From Alphaproteobacteria bacterium (GTDB taxonomy: Bacteria > Pseudomonadota > Alphaproteobacteria > UBA828): a DNA stretch of 39,173 nucleotides. The translations under genes were made by a program, and so were the position numbers. The notes beneath the pieces were generated by a model, which was given only the letters and a program-made list of their open reading frames with translations, was not told the DNA's origin and searched no databases. Location: assembly GCA_965220745.1 (NCBI GenBank), contig CBDCQT010000004.1, positions 1 to 39,173 on the forward strand, written 5' to 3'. How positions within the stretch are numbered: position 1 is the first letter of the stretch; the number at the start of each line of letters is the position of its first letter. Shown in pieces: positions 16,908 to 27,086 of this stretch.

Positions 16908-17741
16908 TCAGGCCCCCATGATGTAGCTGCTTGACGCCTCGCTGGGCTCGTCCGCCTCGCGGCGTATGAACTGCTGGACGCGCGGATCGGGGTTGCGGCG
17001 AATCTCGTCCACCGTGCCGACAGCCAAGATCTTGCCCTCGTTGATCATACACATGCGGTCAGCGATCAGGAACGCGCTGGTCAACTCGTGCGTTACGACA
17101 ACAATCGTGATCGGATAGGCGGACTTCAAATGCAGGATCAGGCCGTCGAGTCCGGCCGCGATGATCGGGTCCAAGCCTGCCGAAGGCTCGTCGAAGAACA
17201 GTATCTCCGGATCCAGTGCCAAGGCGCGCGCCAGCGACGCCCGCTTGCGCATTCCGCCCGACAGCTGCGTCGGGTAGAGATCCTCGACATGAGTGAGGCC
17301 GACCTGTTGCAACTTGATGCGGACCATGACCCGAATCGTGGACTCCGCCAGCGTGGTGTGCTCGAGCAGCGGCAGCGCCACGTTGTCGCCGACTGTCATT
17401 GAGTTGAACATGGCGGCGCTCTGGAACGACACGCCCATCGACCGGCGCAGCGCGGTCAGTGTCGCGCGCGATACAGTGGCCAGGTCGACTCCCTTCACGG
17501 TCACGCTGCCCTCGGCCGGGCGCTCCAGTCCCTCCATGTGCCTCAGCAAGGTAGTCTTGCCAGAGCCGGAGCCCCCCAAGATCACCATGGTCTCGCCGCG
17601 ATAGATGTCGAGGCTGACACTGTCAAGCACGGTGCGCTCGCCATAGCGGACCTTCAAGTCGCGGACCGAGATCACCGGCTCACGGCTAGCTTGGCGGCGC
17701 AGCGCGCGCAGCTCGGTCGTCGATCCAGTCGATTCAGTCAT
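16908..17741 (-). CDS. MlaF-like ABC transporter ATP-binding protein
   Basis: GGSGSGKT, FQSAAMFNSMTVGDNVALPL, LSGGMRKR, FFDEPSAGLDP, VTH; start overlaps the mlaE stop. Confidence 0.92.
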   Translation of the reverse strand: MTESTGSTTELRALRRQASREPVISVRDLKVRYGERTVLDSVSLDIYRGETMVILGGSGSGKTTLLRHMEGLERPAEGSVTVKGVDLATVSRATLTALRRSMGVSFQSAAMFNSMTVGDNVALPLLEHTTLAESTIRVMVRIKLQQVGLTHVEDLYPTQLSGGMRKRASLARALALDPEILFFDEPSAGLDPIIAAGLDGLILHLKSAYPITIVVVTHELTSAFLIADRMCMINEGKILAVGTVDEIRRNPDPRVQQFIRREADEPSEASSSYIMGA

Positions 17742-18535
17742 CGCCAGAAGAAATAGAAGAACGTCGTGCAGAGCAGGTCTGCCAGCACGACCAAGAAGAT
17801 GGATTTCACCACCGCGTTGGTCGTGGAGTGGCCGACGCCCACCGGTCCGCCGCTGACCGTAAAGCCCTCCAAGCAACTCACATGCACGATGATCGAGCCG
17901 AAGATCACGGCCTTGACCAAGCCGCTGACGATATCGCGCATGAGGAGGATCTCAGCTGTGCGCGACAGGTATGCCAGCAACGTCAGGTCCAGCGTGAAAT
18001 ACGCGAACACACCACCCGCCAAAATTCCGGAAAACACGCTCATCACGGTGAGGCAGGGCAGCATCACCAGCATCGCCAGATACTTGGGCACGAGAACGAA
18101 GTCGATCGGGTCGAGGGCCATGGCTCGTAGGGCGTCAAGTTCCTCGGTGACCGCCATCGTGGCCACCTCGGCCGAGATCGCGGACCCGGATCGGCCGATC
18201 ACCACGATCGCGGCCATCAGGGGTCCGAGTTCGCGCGTCATCGTGGTGCCGACCATGGTGACGATGGCTTCCATGGCCCCGAAGCGGCGCAACTCCGCGC
18301 CCGCTTGCAGGGCCATGATCAGGCCGGTGGCGCCCGCCACCAAACACAGCACGGGCAGGGATCGGACCCCGATGTCACCCATCTGAAGCAGCGTGCGCTG
18401 CCAACGCAGGCCGCGCCCCTTGAACGGGCTGGCACGCACCGAGAAGCGCAAGCAGTACCAGAACTGAATGGCCAAGCGGCCGACGTACTCGGCCTGCCGG
18501 ATCGAGAAACGACCGACGGATTCAAGCAACACCAT
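17738..18535 (-). CDS. MlaE-like ABC transporter permease
   Basis: GV.SLP, RELGPL.AAI...GRSGSA..AE.ATM.VTEELDAL..M, GG..GVG.STT.AVV. Confidence 0.92.
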   Translation of the reverse strand: MVLLESVGRFSIRQAEYVGRLAIQFWYCLRFSVRASPFKGRGLRWQRTLLQMGDIGVRSLPVLCLVAGATGLIMALQAGAELRRFGAMEAIVTMVGTTMTRELGPLMAAIVVIGRSGSAISAEVATMAVTEELDALRAMALDPIDFVLVPKYLAMLVMLPCLTVMSVFSGILAGGVFAYFTLDLTLLAYLSRTAEILLMRDIVSGLVKAVIFGSIIVHVSCLEGFTVSGGPVGVGHSTTNAVVKSIFLVVLADLLCTTFFYFFWR

Positions 18536-18558
18536 GCCGCGCGAGCGCTCCGGCCAAC

Positions 18559-18894
18559 TCAGGCCTTCAATGCATCCTCCTCCGAGTCGTGCATTTCGAA
18601 GACATCGATCAGGCGGGTGCTGCGCAACACCTGGAGCGGCCCCTCTCTCACGCCAGCAAGCCCGAATCTGACTCTCCGCCGCGTGGCGAGCTGAAGGCCC
18701 TCGACCAGGCTCGCCACGGCGGAGCTGTCGATGTAGCTCGCTTCCGACATGCTCACGATAACCCGGCCCTGTGAGCAGTTCTCCAGCAGGCCGAGGACAG
18801 CGTCCCGCAACTGCGTAGAAGACGCCATGTCGGCGTCGCCCGCAACGCGCACAACGGCTGCCTCTGCCAACTGCTCGATGTCTATCCGCAGCAT
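18559..18894 (-). CDS. STAS-domain anti-sigma factor antagonist (RsbV/SpoIIAA-like)
   Basis: V.GD.D, YIDSSAVASLV with conserved phospho-Ser, V...T.L..VF. Confidence 0.88.
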   Translation of the reverse strand: MLRIDIEQLAEAAVVRVAGDADMASSTQLRDAVLGLLENCSQGRVIVSMSEASYIDSSAVASLVEGLQLATRRRVRFGLAGVREGPLQVLRSTRLIDVFEMHDSEEDALKA

Positions 18895-18912
18895 TTCGGT
18901 TGAACCCTCCCC

Positions 18913-19335
18913 TCAAGACTCGGCGACAGGCTGCAGCAAGCGCTTTCTCAAGTACATGCGATTCTGACCGTCCTCGCGCCGGTACTCGATCTCGTCCATC
19001 AGCGTGCGGATCATGTACAGGCCCCGCCCTCCGGCGCGCAACTCGTCAGGCGGGAGAAGCTCGCGCGACAGAAATTCGGCCTCTATGCCATGGTCGCAGA
19101 TGCGCACTTCGATCATCTCGCCGTCCCGTCGGCATGCGATCCGGATAGGACGCGTGGTGTCGCCATCGTAACCGTGGCGCATCACATTCGACACCGCTTC
19201 ATTGACGGCTAGCACCACCGCCGTTGCCGACTCCTCGCCGGCACCGAATCCGAGACAGCTCTGCTCGACCACTCCCCGAACCAAGCGCAGCCACTTCGGA
19301 TCGCTCACGATCCGCACAGCAACTTCCCCGAACAT
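18913..19335 (-). CDS. RsbW/SpoIIAB-like anti-sigma factor Ser kinase (HATPase_c_2)
   Basis: LAVNEAVSNVMRHGY, I.DHG, GGRGLYMIRTLMDE..Y. Confidence 0.88.
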   Translation of the reverse strand: MFGEVAVRIVSDPKWLRLVRGVVEQSCLGFGAGEESATAVVLAVNEAVSNVMRHGYDGDTTRPIRIACRRDGEMIEVRICDHGIEAEFLSRELLPPDELRAGGRGLYMIRTLMDEIEYRREDGQNRMYLRKRLLQPVAES

Positions 19336-19457
19336 GACTTGCCCCGCCCGACGCCTGGAAGACTTAGGAAGCCCCGACCGGCGTGGCGGATTTTAGCACG
19401 GGCCATGGGTTCCCCAAGGTCCAGGACCCGCGGCCGGCTCTGCTATCGTGGCTAGGC

Positions 19458-20687
19458 GTGGCGGTCGTGGAGGCGCGGAGGCTGGCCTTCGACCTGCTTT
19501 TGCGTGTCGAGCGGGACGGGGCTTATTCAGATGAGCTGCTGCATTCACGACGCCTGGAGGGAATCGGCGCCCGCGCAAAGGCATTCGTCACCAAGACGGT
19601 GCTTGGCTGCCTGAGGCGGCAGGGCGAGCTCGACCATTTGATTGCCTCCAGAACGAGCCGGTCCGTCGGAACCATGGATGCGGAAGTGCTGGTCGCCCTG
19701 CGGCTCGGGGCGTATCAGATGCGCCACATGGACGGCATTCCGGACCATGCCGCGGTTTCTCAATCCGTTGAACTAGTGCGGCAAGCACGCAAGCGATCGG
19801 CCGCGGGACTGGTAAACGCGGTCCTGCGCCACCTGCCCCCGGTTCCGCCAACGGCCGAATCCGCGCGCCTGTGCCATCCCGGCTGGCTGCTGCGACGCTG
19901 GGAGAAAGCGTTCGATGCCGGCACGTGCGAGGCGCTGATGCAAGCCAACCTGCAGCAGCCCGCGACGTACTTCCGCCTGCGGCCGTCGGCAGACGCGGCT
20001 GAAGTGCTGTCCCGCCTGGAGAGTGCGGGACTGTCGCCAGAGCCGACTGATCTGGCCCGCGCCTATCGTCTCGCGAAGGGGAGCGTGCCGGCCGCCCGCC
20101 AGGCAGCCGGCGACGCGCTCGTCTTTCGAGACATCAATTCCCAGCGCGTGGCCGAGTTGCTGGCAGATTCGCCGGGCTCGCCGGTGCTGGACGTTTGCGC
20201 GGCCCCGGGAGGCAAGTCCCGCCAGCTTGCCGAAGGCGCGGCGGTGGTGGCGGGCGACCGGCGCGTGAAGCGGCTGCACTCGATGCGCCGGCTGGGCAGC
20301 CATGGGATTCAACTGCTGGCCATGGATGCCGAGCGCCCGCTGCCGTTTCGGCGGCAATTCGACCGCATACTGGTCGACGCCCCATGTTCCGGCACCGGCA
20401 CGCTGGCCCGCAATCCGGAAATCAAGTGGCGCCTCCAGCCGGACGATCTCAATGCGCTCAGCGCTCGACAAGGGCGCATTCTGGACAATGCCATGGACGC
20501 GCTGGCGCCCGGCGGGCAGCTGGTCTACGCGACCTGCTCGCTGGAACCGGAGGAGAACCAACATGTCGTCGCTAAGGCCGTCGCAGCGCGAGCGGGCTGG
20601 AAAGCCACCCAGGCCCTGTCGACTGTCCCAGGCACGGACCCTGGTGACGGGTTTCAGGCGTGGCGCATTCTGCGGCCGGCTGCCTAG
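19458..20687 (+). CDS. rsmB: 16S rRNA m5C967 methyltransferase RsmB/Sun (NusB-like + NOL1/NOP2 domains)
   Basis: LRLGAYQ, AAVSQSVEL, LVNAVLR, DVCAAPGGKS, LVDAPCSGTG, YATCSLEPEEN; start inferred. Confidence 0.85.
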   Translation: MAVVEARRLAFDLLLRVERDGAYSDELLHSRRLEGIGARAKAFVTKTVLGCLRRQGELDHLIASRTSRSVGTMDAEVLVALRLGAYQMRHMDGIPDHAAVSQSVELVRQARKRSAAGLVNAVLRHLPPVPPTAESARLCHPGWLLRRWEKAFDAGTCEALMQANLQQPATYFRLRPSADAAEVLSRLESAGLSPEPTDLARAYRLAKGSVPAARQAAGDALVFRDINSQRVAELLADSPGSPVLDVCAAPGGKSRQLAEGAAVVAGDRRVKRLHSMRRLGSHGIQLLAMDAERPLPFRRQFDRILVDAPCSGTGTLARNPEIKWRLQPDDLNALSARQGRILDNAMDALAPGGQLVYATCSLEPEENQHVVAKAVAARAGWKATQALSTVPGTDPGDGFQAWRILRPAA

Positions 20688-22473
20688 CGCCCGGCTTCAC
20701 GGCTGGCTTGTCGTGGCGGTAGCCGGGATCGCCTTCCTGGGCACGATCTCGAGCCCTCCGTCCCTGCTCGACGACGTGGACTCCGCCTACGCCCAGGTCG
20801 CGCGCGACATGCTGGAGTCCGGGGACTGGGTAACCGCGCGTCTCAACGGAGTGCCGTACTTCGACAAGCCGCCGGGCCAGGTGTGGGCGATCGCGCTGTC
20901 ATTCGCGATGTTCGGCGTGCACGACTGGGCGGCCCGCCTGCCCGCGGCTCTAGCGGCCATGCTGCTGTGCTGGCTTGCGTGGCGTGTCGGGCGCTGGTCG
21001 CTTGGCGAGCTGGGCGGACTCTACGCCGGCATCGGCCTGGCCACGTGTTGCGGGCTGTTCTTGTTCACCAGGGTGCGGATTCCCGACGTGTACGTGGCTT
21101 GCACGACGCTTCTCGTGCTCGCGTGTTTCCTGCGCTCGCAAGAGGGCTCGCTGCGACAGGCGCGAGCCCACATGCGCCGGGCCGGCGCGGCGCTGGGTGT
21201 CGGACTGCTGTTCAAGGGCCTAGTGGCAGTGGCGCTGCCGGTGGGCGCCATCGCGCTCTATATGCTGGCGGTCGGCAAATGGCGCTCGGGCGATGCGTGG
21301 CGCCGGCTCGGCCTGCCCGGCGCCTTCGCAATCGCGCTGCTGGTCGCTGCGCCATGGCATGTGCTCGCGATCCTGCGCCACCCTCCGCTGTTCGAGTTCG
21401 CGCTGGACAGCGGGCCGGGAATGTACCGGGGCTTCTTCTGGCGCTACTTCATCAACGAGCACCTGCTGCGCTACCTAGGGCTGCGCTACCCGGCCGACTA
21501 CAACCGCGTGAACATCGCGTGGCTGTGGTTGGGGCACATCGTTTGGCTGTTCCCCTGGAGCGGCCTGCTCGTGGGCTTGCGCAAGCTCGGCCTCGGCACA
21601 GCTGACCGCAAGCGTCGAACGCACTCGCTCATGCTGTGCGCTTGCGGCTTCACGCTGCTGTTCTTCTCCGCCTCGACCACCCAGGAGTACTACACCTTGC
21701 CCGCCTACGCGCCCGCCGCGCTGCTGTTTGCCAGCGCAGCCAGTTCGTCCGCCCCGCTCCTGCGATGGTGTACTCGCGCCGCGGCGACAGTCTTCGGGTG
21801 TGCGTCGGCAGCCGCCCTGGCGGTGCTCGTCGCGGTCCGGAGTCTTCCGGCCGAGGGCGACATTGCCTCCGCTCTGACCAGCAACCCGGGAGCTTACACG
21901 CTGGCTCTGGGGCATTTCCACGACCTAACGCTCGCCGCGTTCGCCTACTTGCGCGGGCCGCTCGCGCTCGCCGCGCTCGCGCTGGCGATCGGGGCGCTCG
22001 GGGGCTGGCTGCTGCGACAGAGCTGGGCGCCCGCCGCCCTGGCATGCGCCGCCTTGCTGTTCTTGCATGCTGCTCATTGGGCCATGGGAGCATTCGACCC
22101 ATACCTGTCATCCCGGCCGCTGGCCGACGCCTACCTGCGCTCTCCTCCGGGACAGCTGATCTTGGATCGGGAGTACTACGCATTCTCCTCGCTGGCCTAC
22201 TACACCGATCAGCCGGTCTTGCTGCTCAACGGACGCAAGAACAACATCGAATACGGCTCCAACGCGCCCGGGGCGCCTGACGTATTCCTCGCCGACTCGG
22301 ACCTGCCCGGCCTCTGGGCTCAGCAACGACCCGTGTATCTCGCGGCATACGAGGAGGATCGCGACCGCTTCAAGCGACTGCTAGGGGCAGGTCGGTTGCA
22401 TACTCTGGCCGCTGCCGGGGGCAAGGTCCTGATCTCAAATCGCTCCGTTCCGTCCGAGAGCCCTGCCAACTAG
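20644..22473 (+). CDS. ArnT/PMT-like glycosyltransferase (GT39/GT83)
   Basis: [17 protein letters not shown]...LNG..YFDKPP, WAARLP, KG.VA..LP, PW; multi-pass membrane; start uncertain. Confidence 0.85.
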   Translation: MTGFRRGAFCGRLPSARLHGWLVVAVAGIAFLGTISSPPSLLDDVDSAYAQVARDMLESGDWVTARLNGVPYFDKPPGQVWAIALSFAMFGVHDWAARLPAALAAMLLCWLAWRVGRWSLGELGGLYAGIGLATCCGLFLFTRVRIPDVYVACTTLLVLACFLRSQEGSLRQARAHMRRAGAALGVGLLFKGLVAVALPVGAIALYMLAVGKWRSGDAWRRLGLPGAFAIALLVAAPWHVLAILRHPPLFEFALDSGPGMYRGFFWRYFINEHLLRYLGLRYPADYNRVNIAWLWLGHIVWLFPWSGLLVGLRKLGLGTADRKRRTHSLMLCACGFTLLFFSASTTQEYYTLPAYAPAALLFASAASSSAPLLRWCTRAAATVFGCASAAALAVLVAVRSLPAEGDIASALTSNPGAYTLALGHFHDLTLAAFAYLRGPLALAALALAIGALGGWLLRQSWAPAALACAALLFLHAAHWAMGAFDPYLSSRPLADAYLRSPPGQLILDREYYAFSSLAYYTDQPVLLLNGRKNNIEYGSNAPGAPDVFLADSDLPGLWAQQRPVYLAAYEEDRDRFKRLLGAGRLHTLAAAGGKVLISNRSVPSESPAN

Positions 22474-22576
22474 CCAAGGAGCGGCTGCGCGGGCCGATCG
22501 GCCCGGGAGCAGGAGACCCGAATCAATCTCGAAGCTGGGGGCACGGGCAGGCTGGCCGGGCGAGAACGCGTTCCGC

Positions 22577-22651
22577 TATAGTGAAGTCATACGGGCACCG
22601 GACGGATCGCTCTTTGCCACCGGTACCGAGGCGCCGGTCCGCGATCGCCCG
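22577..22651 (+). promoter_or_regulatory. -10 box TATAGT followed by a long 5'UTR hairpin, candidate L31 leader
   Basis: TATAGT 22577-22582; nested stems CGGGC/GCCCG, GATCGC/GCGATC, ACCGG/CCGGT. Confidence 0.4.
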
Positions 22652-22664
22652 CAGGGGACACCCG

Positions 22665-22919
22665 ATGAAACCAGGCATCCATCCCGAGGACTACAGAGAG
22701 GTCGTCTTCCGCGACGTCACCACCAACACCGAGTGGATTACCCGCTCGACGGCCAAGACCGACAAGACCACCACGATTGACGGCAAGGAATACCCTCTTT
22801 ACGACCTAGCGATCTCTTCGCACTCCCATCCCTTCTACACGGGCAAGCGCAAGCTCGTCGACTCCGAGGGCCGGATCGAGCGCTTCAACAAGAAGTACGG
22901 GCGCAAGACTGCTGTCTGA
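22665..22919 (+). CDS. rpmE2: 50S ribosomal protein L31 type B
   Basis: MKPGIHP..Y..VVF.D, YPL....[24 protein letters not shown]; no zinc-binding Cys. Confidence 0.93.
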   Translation: MKPGIHPEDYREVVFRDVTTNTEWITRSTAKTDKTTTIDGKEYPLYDLAISSHSHPFYTGKRKLVDSEGRIERFNKKYGRKTAV

Positions 22920-23008
22920 AGCGAACGGGGACACCGCGCTGCCGCCAAGCCGTCCGTCCGCGCGGCCTCGTGCGTCGGGGCAGCATGTCGCGCGCGCATG
23001 AGCTGTGC

Positions 23009-23410
23009 ATGTCCGTCGACACACGCCGCCGAGCATGCCTGGCCGCCGCGTTGGCCGCACTCGCCACGCTGGGCGAAGCAGCAATCGCGCAAAAGCGCCC
23101 TCCAGAGCAAGCCCTGCTGTTCGGCACGGTCTTCCGAGGTTCGTACCTCGCCTTGGAAGGGGCGCGCGTCGTCGCCTACGATGAGGGCAAGCCGAAGAAG
23201 AAGTACCGAGCGACCACGAACTACCGCGGCGAGTACAGGATCCGCGTGCCGGCCGGAGACGCCACCTACGTGGTCACAGCGAGCGCGCCGAGATTCGTCC
23301 AAGGCCAGCGCACCGTGAGAGTCTACGGCATCGAGAAGTCGACCGCCAACCTGGTCCTCGAACCGCGCAAGAAGGCCGGCAGAGCCAAAAACCGGCCTGA
23401 TTCGCTGTAG
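23009..23410 (+). CDS. Carboxypeptidase regulatory-like domain protein
   Basis: Signal-like N-terminus, G.V....AL.GA.V, TTN.RGEY, Y.V.ASA..F; start uncertain. Confidence 0.65.
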   Translation: MSVDTRRRACLAAALAALATLGEAAIAQKRPPEQALLFGTVFRGSYLALEGARVVAYDEGKPKKKYRATTNYRGEYRIRVPAGDATYVVTASAPRFVQGQRTVRVYGIEKSTANLVLEPRKKAGRAKNRPDSL

Positions 23411-23423
23411 GATAGGGGGAGAC

Positions 23424-23792
23424 ATGCAACGCACACGCCGCAGCCTGCTGTTGCTGGGCACTGTCGCGGTGGTCCCGCTCGCCCATGCCCAGTTCACGGG
23501 TTTCAAGAAAAAGAAGAAAGTGGACCCGACCCGCTCGGTCAAGGGCCAGGTCACTGACGAACACGAGGAGGGCATCCGCGGCATCGTGCAGCTGAAGCAC
23601 ACGCGGACGCTGGAAGTGAAATCATTCCACACCAACGACAACGGCGACTACTACTTTCACGGCCTCGACTTGAACGTGGACTACGAACTCAAGGCCCTCG
23701 CCGAAGGAAGGCAAAGCAAGACACGCACAGTGTCAAGTTTTGACAGCCGCAACGAGCTGATCTACAACTTCAAGCTCAAGTCCGAGAACTGA
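23424..23792 (+). CDS. Carboxypeptidase regulatory-like domain protein
   Basis: GGGGAGA RBS, RSV.G.VTD, VQLK..RTL.V.SF.T...G.Y.F.GL....DYELKA. Confidence 0.75.
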   Translation: MQRTRRSLLLLGTVAVVPLAHAQFTGFKKKKKVDPTRSVKGQVTDEHEEGIRGIVQLKHTRTLEVKSFHTNDNGDYYFHGLDLNVDYELKALAEGRQSKTRTVSSFDSRNELIYNFKLKSEN

Positions 23793-24135
23793 ATCGCGGC
23801 ACCGCAGGGGAAACTGCCGCCGGTCCTGCTAGCCGCAGCAGTTGCACCAAGCTGACGCCGCGCTCCGGCGCTCCTTGGCCTGCGCCGGCGGCGCAGCACG
23901 GCCCTGCCAGAGGACTGAATGCCGCGGTCACGCGGGCGACGCTCCGGGAATGCCTGCGCGATGTGATCGCCGCCGATCACCGGTCCCGTTCGGCCATCGC
24001 TGCAATTCATATCCGCAAAAAGCAGCCTGTCGGAAGCTCGGCGCCCGGACTTGCGCGGCAATGGGAGTTACCATTAGTTTGTCCGGTTCGTCGAAGATAA
24101 TGAGCCGGCGCACCAGCAGATCAGGGAATACAACG

Positions 24136-25302
24136 ATGCGGCATTGCAAGCTCCACTTACTCAAGGCGGTCGCGCTGCTCGGCACTCTGGCGTTGCTGGC
24201 ACCGGCCGTTGCCACGCTGCAGGCCCAAGGCCCGATCGGCGACCAGCCGCGGAGGCCGCGGACCGACGCCCCGCGCAGGCCGGGAACCCTTCCCGGGCCA
24301 GGGGTGCCCCCCGATGCGCCCTCGGATATACCGCGCGTGGAAACCCGCGCGCCGCAGCGGACACCGGAGCAGCAGCCCCTGTTCACTGCCGACACCAACG
24401 TGGTCACCGTGGATATCGCGGTGCTGGACAACAAGGGGCAGTTCATCCCCAGCATCCCGCCCGGCAACTTCCAAATCTTGGAGGACGGCGTCCCGCAGAA
24501 GATCATCAGCGTGGGTCCGACCCAATCCCCTGCCACGGTGGCGCTGCTGATCGAGTTCAGCAACCGCTGGCAGAGCTACTGGAGCGAGACCTGGTACCAG
24601 ACCCTCACCGCGACCTACGGCTTTGTCGAGACGCTGCGCCCGGAAGACTGGGTCGCCGTGATCGCCTACGACCTGCGGCCGGAAATCCTGGCCGACTTCA
24701 CCCAAGACCGGCGGGAGATCAACAACGCCCTGCAGCGGCTCCGCATCGCCGCCTACAGCGAGTCCAACCTCTTCGACGCGCTGACCGATACCGTCCAGCG
24801 CATGTCCGAGATCGAGGGGCGAAAGGCTGTTGTCCTGCTCTCCAGCGGCGAGGACACCTTCAGCCGGCTGAACTTTTCGCAAGCTCGCAAGATCGTGCAG
24901 GAGGCCGGCGTCACGGTCCACGCCATCGGCTTGGGCCAGATGCTCAAGGAGATGCTGGATTCCTACGGCTATGTCGGGGGAGCGACTCGCATCGGCTGGC
25001 TGCAAGCGGACAACCAGCTGCGGACGTTCACCAGGGAAACGGGCGGCTTCTCGTTCTTCCCGCGCTTCTACGGGGAGTTCCCGACGATCTTCCAGAGCCT
25101 GAACTACCTGATGCGCAACCAGTACACGGCGGTCTACCAGCCCTCCAACACCAAGCGTGACGGCACGTTCCGCAAGATTACCGTGCGCTTGGTGGACCCC
25201 AACACGAACAAGGAGCTGCGAATCACCGGCCAGAAGAACAAGCGCATCAAGTACCGGATCGTCGCGCGCACCGGCTACACGGCGCCCCGCGAGGTGGAAT
25301 AG
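24136..25302 (+). CDS. VWA domain protein, Acidobacterial type
   Basis: Signal peptide, VVTVD..V.D.KG.FI, F.I.EDG.PQ, GRKA..L.S.GEDT.S, ETGG..F.P, R.QY...Y.P.N..RDG.FRKI.V. Confidence 0.85.
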   Translation: MRHCKLHLLKAVALLGTLALLAPAVATLQAQGPIGDQPRRPRTDAPRRPGTLPGPGVPPDAPSDIPRVETRAPQRTPEQQPLFTADTNVVTVDIAVLDNKGQFIPSIPPGNFQILEDGVPQKIISVGPTQSPATVALLIEFSNRWQSYWSETWYQTLTATYGFVETLRPEDWVAVIAYDLRPEILADFTQDRREINNALQRLRIAAYSESNLFDALTDTVQRMSEIEGRKAVVLLSSGEDTFSRLNFSQARKIVQEAGVTVHAIGLGQMLKEMLDSYGYVGGATRIGWLQADNQLRTFTRETGGFSFFPRFYGEFPTIFQSLNYLMRNQYTAVYQPSNTKRDGTFRKITVRLVDPNTNKELRITGQKNKRIKYRIVARTGYTAPREVE

Positions 25303-25417
25303 GCACCGCCAGCCGCGGCCGCCGAAGCCCGACGTCCGGCGCGCCGCCTCGCATTCTGTCCGGCCTTCGCGAGGGTGTTGAGGCTCTTCTTTTGGCGTTT
25401 GCTATAGTCTCCGAAAT

Positions 25418-25894
25418 ATGGCTCGCGTCCCCGACCGCCCGAAGGTCTTGCTCATCGACGACAATCGCTTCGGGTCTCGGGCGCGCCAGGCGATCCTGGC
25501 AGATCTGGGGTATGAGGTCGAAGTCTCAGAGAGCGGCGCGGCCGGCTTGGAGCGCTTTCAGGCATGTGCCGAGGACGCCCCCTTCAGCGTCGTCGTCACC
25601 GACTATCGGATGCCCGGCATGCGGGGCGACGAGGTAGTCCGGCGGCTTCGGGAGCTGGCCCCGGACGTGCCGGTTGTGATCCTCTCCGGCCACGTGCGGA
25701 CCTTCGCGCTGACCTCGGAGTCCACGGGAGCGGATGTCGTGCTCGAAAAGGGGCCGCGCGAGCAGCACGATCTGGCGGGCACAATCCAGAGGCTCGCCCC
25801 GAGCGCCACTCCTCGCAAGCCGCTCGGACATGCGACCGAGTCCGGTCGCGCCATGCGGCAAGCCCCGTCGCGCAGACGGGCCCGCAACGAGTGA
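25418..25894 (+). CDS. Single-domain response regulator (receiver)
   Basis: VLLIDDN, VVTDYRMPGM.G, VILSG, LEK. Confidence 0.88.
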   Translation: MARVPDRPKVLLIDDNRFGSRARQAILADLGYEVEVSESGAAGLERFQACAEDAPFSVVVTDYRMPGMRGDEVVRRLRELAPDVPVVILSGHVRTFALTSESTGADVVLEKGPREQHDLAGTIQRLAPSATPRKPLGHATESGRAMRQAPSRRRARNE

Positions 25895-25934
25895 TAAGAT
25901 CGGGCAACGCCCGCCGACGCCGGGCACATCGTCA

Positions 25935-26639
25935 ATGACAAGCTTTACTTGGCTGGGCCACTCGACCGTTCATGTCAGGGTCGCGGACGGTCCGGCGATC
26001 CTGATCGATCCTTGGCTGAAAGGCAACCCCGCTTTCCCGTCCGGCTACGATGTCGCGCCCGTCGACCTCGTGCTGATCACTCACGGACACTTCGACCACC
26101 TGGACTTGGGAGATCTGCGGGCGCTGGTCGCGAGGTTCGAGCCCGAGATCGTTTGCAACGCCGAGATTTCGATGTGGCTGGGCTCGAAGGACGTTCCGAA
26201 CGTGGTCGGCATGAACAAGGGCGGCTGCTACCACAGCAAGGGCGTGCGGATCTCGATGACACAAGCCCAGCACAGCAGCTCGATCCTAGAGGACGGCAAG
26301 ATCGTCTATGCCGGCGAGCCTGCCGGCCTAGTCGTCCGCCAGCCCGACGGCCGTGCGTTCTATCATGCCGGCGACACCAACGTGTTCAGCGACATGAGCC
26401 TGATCCAGCGCCTCTACGAGCCCGAACTGGCCATGCTGCCCATCGGAGACCTGTTCACCATGGGACCCAAGGAGGCAGCCTTGGCCTGTGAATTCCTGCA
26501 GCCGAAGCTTGTGATCCCCATCCACTACAAGACGTTCCCGCTGCTGACGGGGACCGCGGCCAAGCTCAGGGAGGAACTTGGCGCCGAGTCCGGGGTAGAG
26601 GTGCGCGAGTTGGAGCCCGGCGTGGCCTTCAACTGGTGA
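25935..26639 (+). CDS. Metal-dependent hydrolase (UPF0173, metallo-beta-lactamase fold)
   Basis: TWLGHS, IDPW..GNP, THGHFDH, MNKGG, HSSS, YHAGDT, LPIGD.FTMGP, IPIHY.TF. Confidence 0.9.
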   Translation: MTSFTWLGHSTVHVRVADGPAILIDPWLKGNPAFPSGYDVAPVDLVLITHGHFDHLDLGDLRALVARFEPEIVCNAEISMWLGSKDVPNVVGMNKGGCYHSKGVRISMTQAQHSSSILEDGKIVYAGEPAGLVVRQPDGRAFYHAGDTNVFSDMSLIQRLYEPELAMLPIGDLFTMGPKEAALACEFLQPKLVIPIHYKTFPLLTGTAAKLREELGAESGVEVRELEPGVAFNW

Positions 26640-26654
26640 GCCAGGCGGCGACTC

Positions 26655-27086
26655 TCAGGGCTTGGAGAGCCCTGAGTAGGTCTCGTCGTCCGTCGCCTCG
26701 GTCGTGACCGGCAGCCCGCGCCGAGCCCAGCCGTCGTACACGATCTGTCCCATCGGATTGGATTCGCCATCGAATCCGCCGCGCATGTCGACGACATTGG
26801 TAAAGCCGTTCGCCTGCAGCACTTGCGCGGCACGCATCGATCGCCCACCCTTCAGGCAAGCGGTGATGATCTTGGCATCCTTGCCCAGCGCCCGGTCGCA
26901 GACGTCTACGAATTCCTCGTTCGGCTGCATGCCCATCGCAGTCCGATGCAGTAGCGGGATGTTCTTGGCTCCGGGCGCGTGTCCCTGCTCGAATTCCGGG
27001 ATCGAGCGCACGTCCAAGTAGATGTAGCCCTCCTCCGACTGCAGCAGGTCGCGGGCCTCGTCCGGTGATATGCGCTTCAGTGCCAT
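26655..27086 (-). CDS. Rhodanese-like domain protein
   Basis: YLDVRS..EF..GH.PGA.NIP, C..GGRS..AA..L...GF.NV..M.GG. Confidence 0.9.
   Translation of the reverse strand: MALKRISPDEARDLLQSEEGYIYLDVRSIPEFEQGHAPGAKNIPLLHRTAMGMQPNEEFVDVCDRALGKDAKIITACLKGGRSMRAAQVLQANGFTNVVDMRGGFDGESNPMGQIVYDGWARRGLPVTTEATDDETYSGLSKP

Noticed and set aside
23793-24135. Possible ncRNA in long intergenic gaps (also 27087-27329 and 32139-32327)
   Set aside because: Only short GC-rich hairpins; no tRNA, SRP, 6S or riboswitch signature recognised.
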